From NCBI GenBank assembly GCA_002269645.1, contig NIVC01002338.1:1-64000 (forward strand): a stretch of 64,000 bases of DNA, in the 5' to 3' direction. The first letter of the stretch is position 1; each line of letters opens with the position of its first letter. The notes beneath the pieces are model-generated. The model saw only the letters and a list, made by a program, of their open reading frames with translations. It made no database searches and was not told the origin of the DNA. A program made the position numbers and the translations under genes. The DNA is from Macrostomum lignano (lineage: Eukaryota). Positions 32,161 through 43,425 of this stretch are shown here, piece after piece.

Positions 32161-32469
32161 AAAGTTTATTTGGGTACTTAATGAGTTTTTAGGGCTCTTG
32201 GGGTGCTAAGATTTCAAGACTCATAAAGGGAATCATTGAAAGTTTATGGTTCATGGGTTTTTTTGAGAATTTAAAGGTTCAATAGGGAGTTTTTGATAGT
32301 TCAAGCATCAAAGGGAGTGTTGGAGTTAATCCATGGCTTAAAGGGGAAGCTTTAATGCCAAAGTTAAAATAAGTGCTAATATCTTAGGCTTAGATTAGGG
32401 GTTGGAAAATTTTTTAACTCAGGGGCCATATAAAGAACCTAGATCATTTCTGCAGGCCAGCCAGATATA

Positions 32470-32705
32470 CAAGATGAAGGGGGGAATAGAAAAGAGAGAG
32501 AGAAGAGAATGAAGAATTATGAGAGATGAGGCAAGATGAGAGATGCAATGAGAAAAGATAATATAAAAGAGAGGAAAGAGAGGAGAGAGAAAAAAACAAT
32601 GAGAGAGAAGAAGGTAAGGAAAGAGAAGAGGAGAGATGAGAGATAAGGAGAGAGGAGAAAGGCAAAAAGAGGAGAAGAGAGAGGAGATTAAAGAGAACTG
32701 AGAAA
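32470..32705. repeat. GA-rich low-complexity tract
   Basis: Almost purine-only sequence. Confidence 0.8.
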
Positions 32706-34547
32706 AAAGATTAAGACAAAAACCTTGAATGGCCAGATTGTTATTGTGAAGTTTTAAAGGATCCAAGGGCCAGATAGAAAGGCTTTGTAGGTTGCATGTG
32801 GCCTTCAAGCTGGAGTTTCCTAACATTTAAGCTTTTAGGCTTGATTAGGGGCCTATATGGTTTGAAACTTGGAAAATTTATATCTTAAACATTTTTTTCT
32901 TTAAGAAAACAATAGCAATAACTATACAAAGTAAAAAATTATTTTGTAGAATTTTTTTGACTAATGGATAACTTTTGCTTTTTATACCTTATATCTTTTG
33001 ATACTTGGTCAACAATATGATATATCTAGGCCCATATTGGCTGCTTTATAGCTATTTTTAGGGCTAGAATATGGCTAGATATTAAAGACAATATGCTTCT
33101 AACAATTAGCATAGTTAAATACTTATATGAGTTTAACTATTTTAGTATTACAATTCATGGTTCTACCAAAGTGCTCAATCTACATGTTAGGTTTTTTCAA
33201 GAAAATAGAATGAAAAAAAATAGAACATTCATATTTGCAGAATAATAAACGTTTACATTTAATCTATAGGCTATTTATAATATAACTGCTTTGTTTAATA
33301 GCAATTAATCTAAAATAAACTAATTAGGCCTAAGCCCTAATTTAACTATCAATTAGCATTATTAACAAATTACTAATAAGTAGACAAGCAAAGTGGATAT
33401 ATTATAGTCTATATGACTATAGGTCTAGATTAAAATAAAAAATATAATTTATATTTAATTTAGAATAATTAGGAATTTAAATTATTTTGTCAGATATTTA
33501 ATTTTAAATCTAATTAAATTAAATCAGTTCAAAATTTCATATTGTTATTAGGCCCCTAGGCCTATCTTTAAGCAGATTAAAATAAAAAATTATAACATTT
33601 ACAAAAATAAAAAGCTTGGATTTTTTAATTTAACAAAGGGCCTAGAAAAAGTATAGGACAAAGTCAAAAAGTCATTATAAAGTGAAAATCTATAGTCGAT
33701 TGGAAATATATAGGCCCCTATTATAGATTAATTTCAATTACATGACCAACTTTCGAAAATAGGTGTGTGTGTGTTAGCAATTATTCTGACAAGTTTTCAG
33801 AGATCTAGGTCGAGGCCTATCACTCCTATCAGGCTATCAGCCTATCACTCACTAGCCCGTGCCTAATGGTAAAAATAAAATTTCCAATAACTCGAAAACT
33901 GACTGAGTTACCCCCTTACTGACTGGTGTAAGTTACTGTAAATGGCTGCAACTGGCAAAAAAATAGCAAGCCTATAATACTAAATATTGATATAATCTAA
34001 GCTAACGAGAACGATTTCGCCTACGACCTATGACCTATGCTAAGTCTATGATTTGTTTCTTTGACTATCCATGAAAACTTTTGAATACAGAAAGCCGTGC
34101 GTATCGCGCGACATATTCTCTACTTTATTAGGCCTACACTCCAATCTTATAGTTATAGGCCTAGGGCCTACTCCAATTAGAAATAGATTAATTAGCATAA
34201 AAAATGACAATTTTATGGTGTTAGGCCTGTTTTATGTATTTTAAATTCTTATGCAATGCAAACTCTACCTTTAGAGTTTAGACCTACAGTACATTTAATA
34301 ATCATAGCTAGGGAGACACAGACTAACACAGAGACAGAGTCAGACAAGCCTAAGCCTAAGGCATTTCAACCTTTGTCTAGGGTCTAGCCTCGGTTAGGCC
34401 TGCTGCCTAAAGCTATAGCCTGGGACTATAGAGAAATTGTAGGACTTATTCATAATTATTTATGAATTTGATTTTATTTATGAATTATGAATTAGGACTT
34501 ATTTATTGTTAATGTCAAAACTGAACTTGTCAACTAATTGTCCTTAT

Positions 34548-35339
34548 AGCTCATTCCATATATTATAAGATGGACATATTTGGAAAATAGAAAAAAGTCA
34601 ATATTTTTGCTTGCCATTGCCTAATTAGCCTATTTTTTTACCAAATGTTTATATTGTGCAATATATACAATCTAAGAATAAAGGAATGGTAAAATGTTGG
34701 ATTAGTATGTTATCAATTGGCAAAAAGTCATTTTTGTAAAAATTTGGACATTTTTGGAAGCAAAAGACATCATTAAGATTTTGTACCTTTTAAAAACAAA
34801 TAGAAAGCTTTTGAAGGTTGAAACAAACTATAGATAAAAGTATAGTACTTGTATCATCAGATAAAAGCATTGGTGACCAAATAATCTATTATATTTTTAA
34901 TGTATTAGTACCTCAAAGTTACTGAATTGACAGAAAAAAATATGTTACGACCATAATGTTACGACCATAAGGCTGCCTTTTCTTTTGTATCTTTGTTGCC
35001 TTTTGAGTTTAAATATTCTAATAAAAGAGTATGATTTCTAAAGATGTTCTTAGTCAAATTTTAAAAATGTATTGCAAAATATCAAAAATGAAAAATGTTA
35101 TAAGACTTTTACCTTTTTTTAGTTTCTATGTCAAAAATCCTGTCGTTACGACCATAAGTGTCATTTAAGGTTTAATAGCATCTATACTAATGATGATATC
35201 TATATGAAACTCTATAAATATATTCTAGACAAAATAATCTTTCATTTAAAATATTGGTTTAGTATATTCTATTATTAGATTTCATTTTATAAGTAAAAAT
35301 AACCTGTCATGTTACGACCATGCTTATATGGAATGAGCC
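34548..35339. mobile_element. ~790-bp non-autonomous TIR element with a 4-bp TTAT target duplication
   Basis: GCTCATTCCATATA (34549-34562) and TATATGGAATGAGC (35325-35338) are exact inverted copies; TTAT on both flanks (34544-34547, 35340-35343); four internal GTTACGACCAT motifs. Confidence 0.6.
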
Positions 35340-35524
35340 TTATGGCACTTATGGTAGTATAATTATAAATTGTTAGGCCTATATAAAGCAGGAAGATAAT
35401 AATTAGGGATTTTTTATTTTTGACTTTACTTTTATTAGTCTAAGTTGACATAACATTCCCAATTATTCTCTTGCTCATTCCCCCTTATCTAAAATTCAAC
35501 TTTTGTCACTGGCACTGCCAAATC

Positions 35525-36211
35525 CTGGTTCCTAGGCCCTAGGCCTACCTAGTGACATTGCAAACAGAATGTTATGTCAAATCATTTGTGTAGGTCTATA
35601 TAGGTTACTTGGGCTCCACTTAATGAGCTTAAATTGACAAGCCCTTTGTAATGGCAATTTTGGTCCCAACCAGGCCTAAGCCCTACTTTTATTCATGTAA
35701 AATTATTATAGGCCCTATTATATTGATATAAAGTAAATAGCTTATATTAAACTAAATAAACTAATATTCCTTTATGAATTGATCTTAATGACTTTATTCA
35801 GATAAAAAAGTTGATATATTTGAATTCAAGCAAGGTTAGAAAAGTCATTGAAATTTTATTAAAACTTGCTGGTTCCTAGGCCCTAGGCCTACCTAGTGAC
35901 ATTGCAAACAGAATGTTATGTCAAATCATTTGTGTAGGTCTATATAGGTTACTTGGGCTCCACTTAATGAGCTTAAATTGACAAGCCCTTTGTAATGGCA
36001 ATTTTGGTCCCAACCAGGCCTAAGCCCTACTTTTATTCATGTAAAATTATTATAGGCCCTATTATATTGATATAAAGTAAATAGCTTATATTAAACTAAA
36101 TAAACTAATATTCCTTTATGAATTGATCTTAATGACTTTATTCAGATAAAAAAGTTGATATATTTGAATTCAAGCAAGGTTAGAAAAGTCATTGAAATTT
36201 TATTAAAACTT
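35525..36211. repeat. Near-perfect 344-bp tandem duplication
   Basis: CTGGTTCCTAGGCCCTAGGCC...TTAAAACTT at 35525-35867 is repeated at 35869-36211. Confidence 0.9.
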
Positions 36212-38526
36212 TATTAGCCTATTTTTTATTTAAAAAATATAAATATAAATATAAATATATTTAGTGCCACTTTATAATTATAAATATAAATATCTTAGTG
36301 CCACTTTATACATAGGCTTACCCAACACCCATCTAACCCATCTAAACCAGATGGGTAAAATGGCCACCCACTAGCCAAGGTAAGTTGCAAAATTGAAAAT
36401 GCAAAAAATGAAAAAAAGGAAGGAAAAGAGAAAAAGATGAAAGAGGAAAGAGAAAAAGAAAGAGAATAAAGAAGAATAAGGCAAGAAAATTCATATACAA
36501 AGTGAAAATTAAGTTGCAATTGCAATTAAGAAAAACTAAATTATAATCAGGAAGAACTAAGTCGCAATTAGGAGGAACTAAGTTGCAATCAAGAGGAACT
36601 AAGTTGCAATCTGGACAAAACTAAGTTGCACCAGATGGGTGAAATTTTGAAGTTGGACATGTATGGTGCATAGCCTTTGAATCAGATATACAAGAGCATG
36701 GATATATATTTTTTATAACTAAATTTAGTTATATAATAATATGAAAAGGTGATGTTTTAATTTTTGGCTTCCTAACAAGTTTTTAGTTTATATGCTCATA
36801 AATTATGAATTGTATCTACCACCTAAAAAATCTTAGATCACTACTAATAGTACTGATATTGTTTTAATTTTACTGTCTACTTTAAGTTTAACCCATACAC
36901 TACATACACTATTTTAAATAGTTAATCAAGACTACAAAACTTTTGATTTTGTTTATTGTATTGTATAATTCTTAGATCTTAAAAGAGGGTTCTAAAAATC
37001 TTTAGATCTTTAAATTAATTGACTATGAATCTAAAGTTATGATGAATATTCAAAATATTTGAAATTGAATCAAATTGGACAAATATTCATTTTGAATTAG
37101 AATTGGAAAATAAACAATCAAATAACAAAATGATTGTTTAATATAGTGCAAAGATTTAGAATAAGTCAAGAGTTGAATATTGGTATTGTGGCTTATGAAT
37201 GAGGGAGAGAATTTAGAATGGGTCCTGGGATAACATGTGATGCATCTTAAAGAAAGACAGGGGTGCTTGAGCTGTTGAAAGCATGTTGTGCTCCAACTGA
37301 GTACAAAGGTTTTAGGAGGCTTTAGGAAAAGTGGAGCAATAAGAATCAAGTGTATAGAACATAGGTTTCGGGGTGCTGATTCCCACAAACTTGGAGAGAT
37401 AGGGTTGGCATTTGGTCTAGGTGCAATTCATTGGACAAGAAATAAAGATGCAAGCATATTAGTCAAGGGCTGCTAAAGGGAATAGGGCTAGATATTAAAT
37501 ACCATCTGCTTCCAGTAATGAATATAGCTAGAAATTTCCATACAAGTTGAATCATTGCAATTTTTGGCTTCACCAAAGTGCTCACCCATGTGGCAGTTTT
37601 AGAGAAAACAGCAATAGCAAAATCTTTGTGAATCATTTTTAATAACTATACCTTTAAATATATTCTACTTATGAATGTAAAAATAAAAAACTTAAAAATC
37701 TAGAATGAGTTCATTCAACAATCAATTAGCACTACTGACAAGGGACTGATGAGTAGTGAAGTGGGCATATTATTGACTAAAATATTCATTCTCAGTATTG
37801 TTTTAGTATTAAAAATCAAATTAAATCAGCTTAAAAAAATTAATTTGTCCAATCTCTAGACTCATCCATATACAATTTAATTCTACTCATGAAAGACTCA
37901 ATAAGCTTTTTCTGAACATATAATTCAAAAACATTTAGTTGTTGCAGCTCTGTATTTTGACCTGTAGATATCCTAGTCTAATCTGCTTTTGGCTTGCTCT
38001 AATGGCAATCCACTGCACTGTAATATTGTGCATGCTTCTATTAGATTACAGCTTCAACAGAGAAAATTGTTCCAGATTAACCAATTGCAAATCCCCTGTC
38101 AATTTTGTCCTTGTCCTTGTTGAGATAATCCTTATAGCGAATAGCCTTGCTTGACTGCCCTGTCAAATAGTGCACACCAATGCATGCTAATCTGAGCAAT
38201 TGCCGTCTTAACCATTAATCTTTTTTGTCAGATAATTTGGGCAGCTAACAGAACTATAGAAGTCAACTAAGAGAGCCTCAAACTATATAGTGTAGATTTG
38301 ATTTATATTGCGATCTTTCCAGCATTAACATACAGTCATTTTAAACCTCGCTTTTGATTCTCAACTGCTGCAGACCTGCCCATTACCCCCTAGTCCTATA
38401 GTAGTTTCTAAAGGACTGACCGTTGCTTCCATTTTTCCACTACCCTGCTCAGCGCTTTTGCATAAAGCTAAAGCTGCACTACTGATTGAACTGAAAGTAA
38501 TTTGAACTCTGCAAAACAAGTTACAG

Positions 38527-39081
38527 ATGGATTCAGTTAGAACTATTGACACAGTTTGGATGCGCCGCTGCCTGAACTTGGCCAATGAAGCACTTGAAGC
38601 TGGCGAAGTTCCAGTCGGCTGCGTGATTGTCTCGGCAGATGGAAATGGCGTTGAACTCACTAGCGGCAGGAATCGTGTCAACGAAGCTCGAGACGCTACG
38701 AGACACGCCGAATTAGTAGCGATCGATGCTCTGAGAGAGCGTTTAGATTCCGCTGAGTCTCTGCTAGTTGCTTTGTCTGGCGCTGCTCTCTATGTCAGCA
38801 TTGAGCCGTGCGTTATGTGCGCATCGGCCTTGCGTCAACTTGCCTCGTTAAAACGCGTAGTTTTTGGCGGTCACAACGAACGTTTTGGTGGCTGCGGCAG
38901 CGTTGAAAATGTTCACTCGGATGTTCGACTGCTGCCGGAGTTGCCTCCACTGATTGTTGAGGCTGGGTTATTGGCGGACGAAGCTGTGGAGCTTTTGCGA
39001 CAGTTTTATAGACAGGAAAATGCAGCGGCACCGGATGAGAAACGGCGCAGAAAAGAGCCGCCTACAATGCGTGCGTCTTGA
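38527..39081 (+). CDS. ADAT2: tRNA-specific adenosine-34 deaminase catalytic subunit (Tad2/ADAT2), 184 aa, intronless CDS
   Basis: WMRRCLNLANEALEAGEVPVGCVIV, NRVNEARDATRHAELVAID (HxE), VSIEPCVMCASAL (PCxxC), GGHNERFGGCGSV. Confidence 0.93.
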   Translation: MDSVRTIDTVWMRRCLNLANEALEAGEVPVGCVIVSADGNGVELTSGRNRVNEARDATRHAELVAIDALRERLDSAESLLVALSGAALYVSIEPCVMCASALRQLASLKRVVFGGHNERFGGCGSVENVHSDVRLLPELPPLIVEAGLLADEAVELLRQFYRQENAAAPDEKRRRKEPPTMRAS

Positions 39082-41159
39082 TGCTCCGTCACAGAGAGAA
39101 CAGAGAGCGGACAAATAACATAAAAGAAAGCTGTCAGGAACTTGAATCAGATGTTCTCTGCTGTGCTGCATGCTTCTCTATTGAGACGATTCTTTGCTTG
39201 TCTGTCACTAGCTACCCTTGCACATGTAGCTGTGTTTTGCTTGTGTCACAACTTGCAATACCGTTACTTCCGCCGTCTTTACATTTAAGCGCTGTCCGCT
39301 ACCCTATCGAAGTCTTTGTGATTTTTAGCGCCCTCCTGGTACAAGTCTCTGTCTTCTTCCATACCTTAAAATGTTACCTTTTGTGTTCCATCGCTACATC
39401 GCTACAAAACATGGTGTACAGTGCTGCCGTACTCATAGTGCGGCCCACCGAGTCAAGGTCTTTGTGTACTTTTCCAGCCGTTACCGTCACCCTACCACCG
39501 TGCCTCTGTGCCTCTTCTTTCCTAAGATGCGTAAGCCGTTGCTTCTTGTTTCAGTCCTTTAGTTTGAATTAAAAATTACTCCCAGTGTTTGTACCGGTTT
39601 CGCATTTCTAGCTTCCTAGCAGTGTAATGCAGCTATATGTATTTCACCAGCCATTGCAATGAGTTTCATAAAGTTCGTTTAGACAAACTTGAAAACCATA
39701 CATATAAAGCAGACTTTCATCGTTTTTACATTTCGAATAAGATAATATCCATGAATGCGTAATATTCTCAGCGCGGCCAAATATTCCCCAATGGGAATTT
39801 GTTCGTTGATCTTGTTTTGTTAAATCTCATTTAGTGAGTCGTACTGATGGGGATGTTTTATAGCTCAAAATTTAGTTTCATCGAAAAATTGCTAGTCACT
39901 TTTATAAGCTTGAAATTTCAAGCTAACAATTGTCTATGGCCAAAATCTCAGGATCATTAAAAGACAACCATCTACATACTAACCGTTAACGCTTGTAAAG
40001 TTTTAAATGTCTATGAAACACCCCCAGATGTCCATGACTTCCACTAAAAGTCTAGAACGATCAACATCCTAAACTCGAAATTTCAAATTTTAGAGAAAAG
40101 TCTTGCTAAAGGCACTTCTCTCTAGTCCCGACTAATGTGAAGTTTCAAGCTTGTGAAAGCGGCCTTTACTGATCTAAACGCACATTATATACTATTGATT
40201 TCTATGATTCAAGTAGCTCTCTGTGAGTTCGTAAAAGCTCGTAAAAATTTATAATAGTTCATATATGTAGCCTCGTTAAATAATGATGTTTTCATTGCAG
40301 TTCTTTCAACTTCGATGCTGCTGCAGAACCAGAAAACGCGCGTAGCAACTAGCAATATGTAGATATTTGTGAATAGCTGTAGTTGCACTGTAGTTTGAGT
40401 GATTGCAACACTCTGCCGCTAAGCTGTCCTGTCTGTATACTGTCTATACAGCTATTGCTATATAATTGCTTCCTTTTTCTGGGCCTGCCCTGTCCAATTT
40501 TCCATGAATGTACATGTGTACTTTCCGTCTGTCTGAAGTGCCGGCTTTCGTTCTCTGTCAGTTTTAATACCTTTTACATGAATCTGGATTTAGCTAACGC
40601 CTCTTTCCAGTACCCGATTGCCTGGGCGTCTTTAGCCTGTCTCTTTAGTAAGGCAAATAATTATTTGATGACAGTTTCTTTTGACTAAAAAGTGCATTCT
40701 AAAATCCAGGTGTTATTTCAATTTGAAAGAAGCTAGCTATATAAATATATGCAGATTTGTTTAACCTGATTTCTATAATATATATGACTTTGAGATTTTA
40801 CCTACATGGCAAATCTATATATTGTCTATGCATATTTTTGACTCATTTGTTAGTCACTTTCTGCATGTTGATAGAAAGTCTAATTATAGAAGCCTAGCTT
40901 CAGCTCACTAGTTATACTGCCGATATTTTATTTCAGAAATAACTAAACAGTTGATATGGAATATGGATTTGGCTACATTGTTGCTACTTGGGGAAATATC
41001 ACACTCTATATACTCGTACATACATGTACTTCCAGGGGTCAGGGGTGTTGCCACTGGAGGGGTGGGGGCAGAAAAGCTATGGGGGGACATGCCAACGCTT
41101 TGTCCTGGACCCCACACCACCTTGTGATCTGTTGTGGAATTCAATAGTTTTGCTTCAGG

Positions 41160-41805
41160 GCGCCAAAATGTGTGCCCGTCTGCGGCGCTAAATGATCGTG
41201 CCTGCGCGGCGCCAAAATGAGTGTAGCTGTCTAGATTCTCTAGAATGCGGCGCCAAAATGAGTGTCTGTCTGCGGCGCCAAAATGAGTTTCTGTCTTCGG
41301 CGCCAAATGAGTGTATAGCTGTCTAGAATGTGGCGCCAAAATGTGTGCCCGTCTGCGGCGCCAAATGATCGTGCCTGCGCGGCGCCAAAATAAGTGTAGC
41401 TGTCTGCGGCGCCAAATGAGTGTCTGTCTGCGGCGCCAAATGAGTGTCTGTCTGCGGCGCCAAATGAGTGTCTGTCTGCGGCGCCAAAATGAGTAGCTGT
41501 CTAGTATGTGGCGCCAAAATGAGTAGCTGTCTGCGGCGTCAAATGAGTGTATAGCTGTCTAGAATGTGGCGCCAAAATGAGTGTCTGTCTGCGGCGCCAA
41601 ATGAGTGTATAGCTGTCTAGAATGCGGCGCCAAAATGAGTGTCTGTCTGCGGCGCCAAATGAGTGTATAGCTGTCTAGAATGCGGCGCCAAAATGAGTGT
41701 CTGTCTGCGGCGCCAAATGAGTGTATAGCTGTCTAGAATGCGGCGCCAAAATGAGTGTCTGTCTGCGGCGCCAAATGAGTGTGCCTGCCTGCGGCGCCAA
41801 AATGA
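41160..41805. repeat. 24-33 bp minisatellite containing GCGGCGCCAAAATGAGTGT
   Basis: About 22 GGCGCCAAA cores. Confidence 0.9.
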
Positions 41806-42719
41806 GGGCTAAAAGCACCGTTTCTCAAAATAATGTACTTGTAGAAATTTAGTCATATGCATGCAGCTATACTTATACTTAACTAGATTAAATTCAATCA
41901 ATCACTTATGTATGTAACAGCTTTGCATTTAAGCTGCAGTTGAATTGTAAACAGTGGGCATTTTGCCAGAGCTAAAAACTGATCAATCAAGATCATACTG
42001 CAGTATGTGGCTTTATTATATTTCCATAAAATGCTTTAAGAAGATTCCGTGTGTATTCGAGAGCTATATCGCTACGGAGAAAAACTCACAAGACTTGTAT
42101 TAATCCCTCTTACCCCTCTGGTACGATTAGGATTAATGCGAAATAGTATAATCTTTATTATATTAACTGGCTAGACTTAATATTTCAAACTATAGCTGTC
42201 TAACTAAAACATGCATGCTATAATTTATTTTCTATTGACAGAAGAGCTTCGACCGTGACAAATTGGTTCTGCAAGCCTGCAGTCGCACGCGCATAGGTTT
42301 TTAGGGGAATCGGGAGAATCAGTGGGAGCGCAAGGCAATTAATCGATTTTGTCACCCTAATAGTGGGGGCTCATCTTAAAAAAGTTTATAAATTATAGCT
42401 ATAGCTGTGATCGCTACACAGACTGATTGAGAAGTTATTTGTACAGGGTACAGGATGCGTTATTGACTGTTCTGTGTAATTAAAAGTTTGAGATTCGAGA
42501 ATGGAATCGTATACATTTATGAGCACAACTGTAAATGAAGGACCGCAGTGAGCACTACTGAGTTGTAAAACTCAGACTGTAATTTTTTATTGAAGACCTG
42601 CAATTATTTAGAAAAGCGTACCAAGTGGAGACAAGAAAAACTTTTATTCATCACATAATCAATGATTGCATTTGATCTGGGGGCGGTGAAGATTACCATC
42701 TCCAACTCTAACCCAAAGA

Positions 42720-43285
42720 GGAACTACAGGGTTGATGCTCAAAGAGGAACCAGGGTTGGTGCTCAAACAGGAACCAGGGTTGGTGCTCAAAGAGGAACCA
42801 GGGTTGGTGCTCAAAGAGGAGCCAGCTGGGTTGGTGCTCAAAAGAGGAACCAGGGTTGGTGCTCAAAGAAGAACCAAGGTTGGTGCTCAAAGAGGAACCA
42901 GGGTTGGTACTCAAAGAGGAACCAGGGTTGGTGCTCAAAAGAGGAACCATGGTTTAATGCTCAAAGAGGAACCAGGGTTAGAGCTCAAACAGGAACCAGG
43001 GTTGGTGCTCAAAGAGGAGCCAGCTGGGTTGGTGCTCAAAAGAGGAACCAGGGTTGGTGCTCAAGAAGAACCAAGGTTGGTGCTCAAACAGAAACCAGGG
43101 TTGGTGCTCAAAGAGGAACCAGGATTGGTGCTCAAAAGAGGAACCATGGTTTAATGCTCAAAGAGGAACCAGGGTTAGAGCTCAAACAGGAACCAGGGTT
43201 GGTGCTCAAAGAGGAACCAGAGTTTGATGCTCAATGAGAAACTAGAGTTGTTCTCAAAGAGGAACCAAGGTTGATGCCCAAAGTT
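42720..43285. repeat. 24-25 bp minisatellite GGTGCTCAAAGAGGAACCAGGGTT
   Basis: Tandem units 3' of the DEG/ENaC gene. Confidence 0.92.
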
Positions 43286-43425
43286 CCGCTAAGATGGATA
43301 ACTGAAGGTGTACAGATGGGACTTTTAATTACATTCAGACACAGAATAAAACAAGGATGAACGCAAGCTTGCAAATATTGAAAAATGCTTAACAAAGAAA
43401 CTATAATACTCCCCCCGTTAGCTAT

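Noticed and set aside
37746-37760. Hammerhead ribozyme core CTGATGA (also 20382-20388 and TCATCAG copies in the 20-bp array)
   Set aside because: No stem II followed by GAAA and no flanking stems could be built by eye; an Infernal search would be decisive.
36900-38300. Possible decayed coding sequence in AT-rich DNA (ORFs 37050-37388, 37288-37476, 37939-38154)
   Set aside because: Frequent stops and no recognisable domain in any frame.
38361-38681. Antisense ORF overlapping ADAT2, and many antisense ORFs over the GC-rich exons and the retroelement
   Set aside because: Expected shadows of GC-rich coding sequence; no recognisable motifs.
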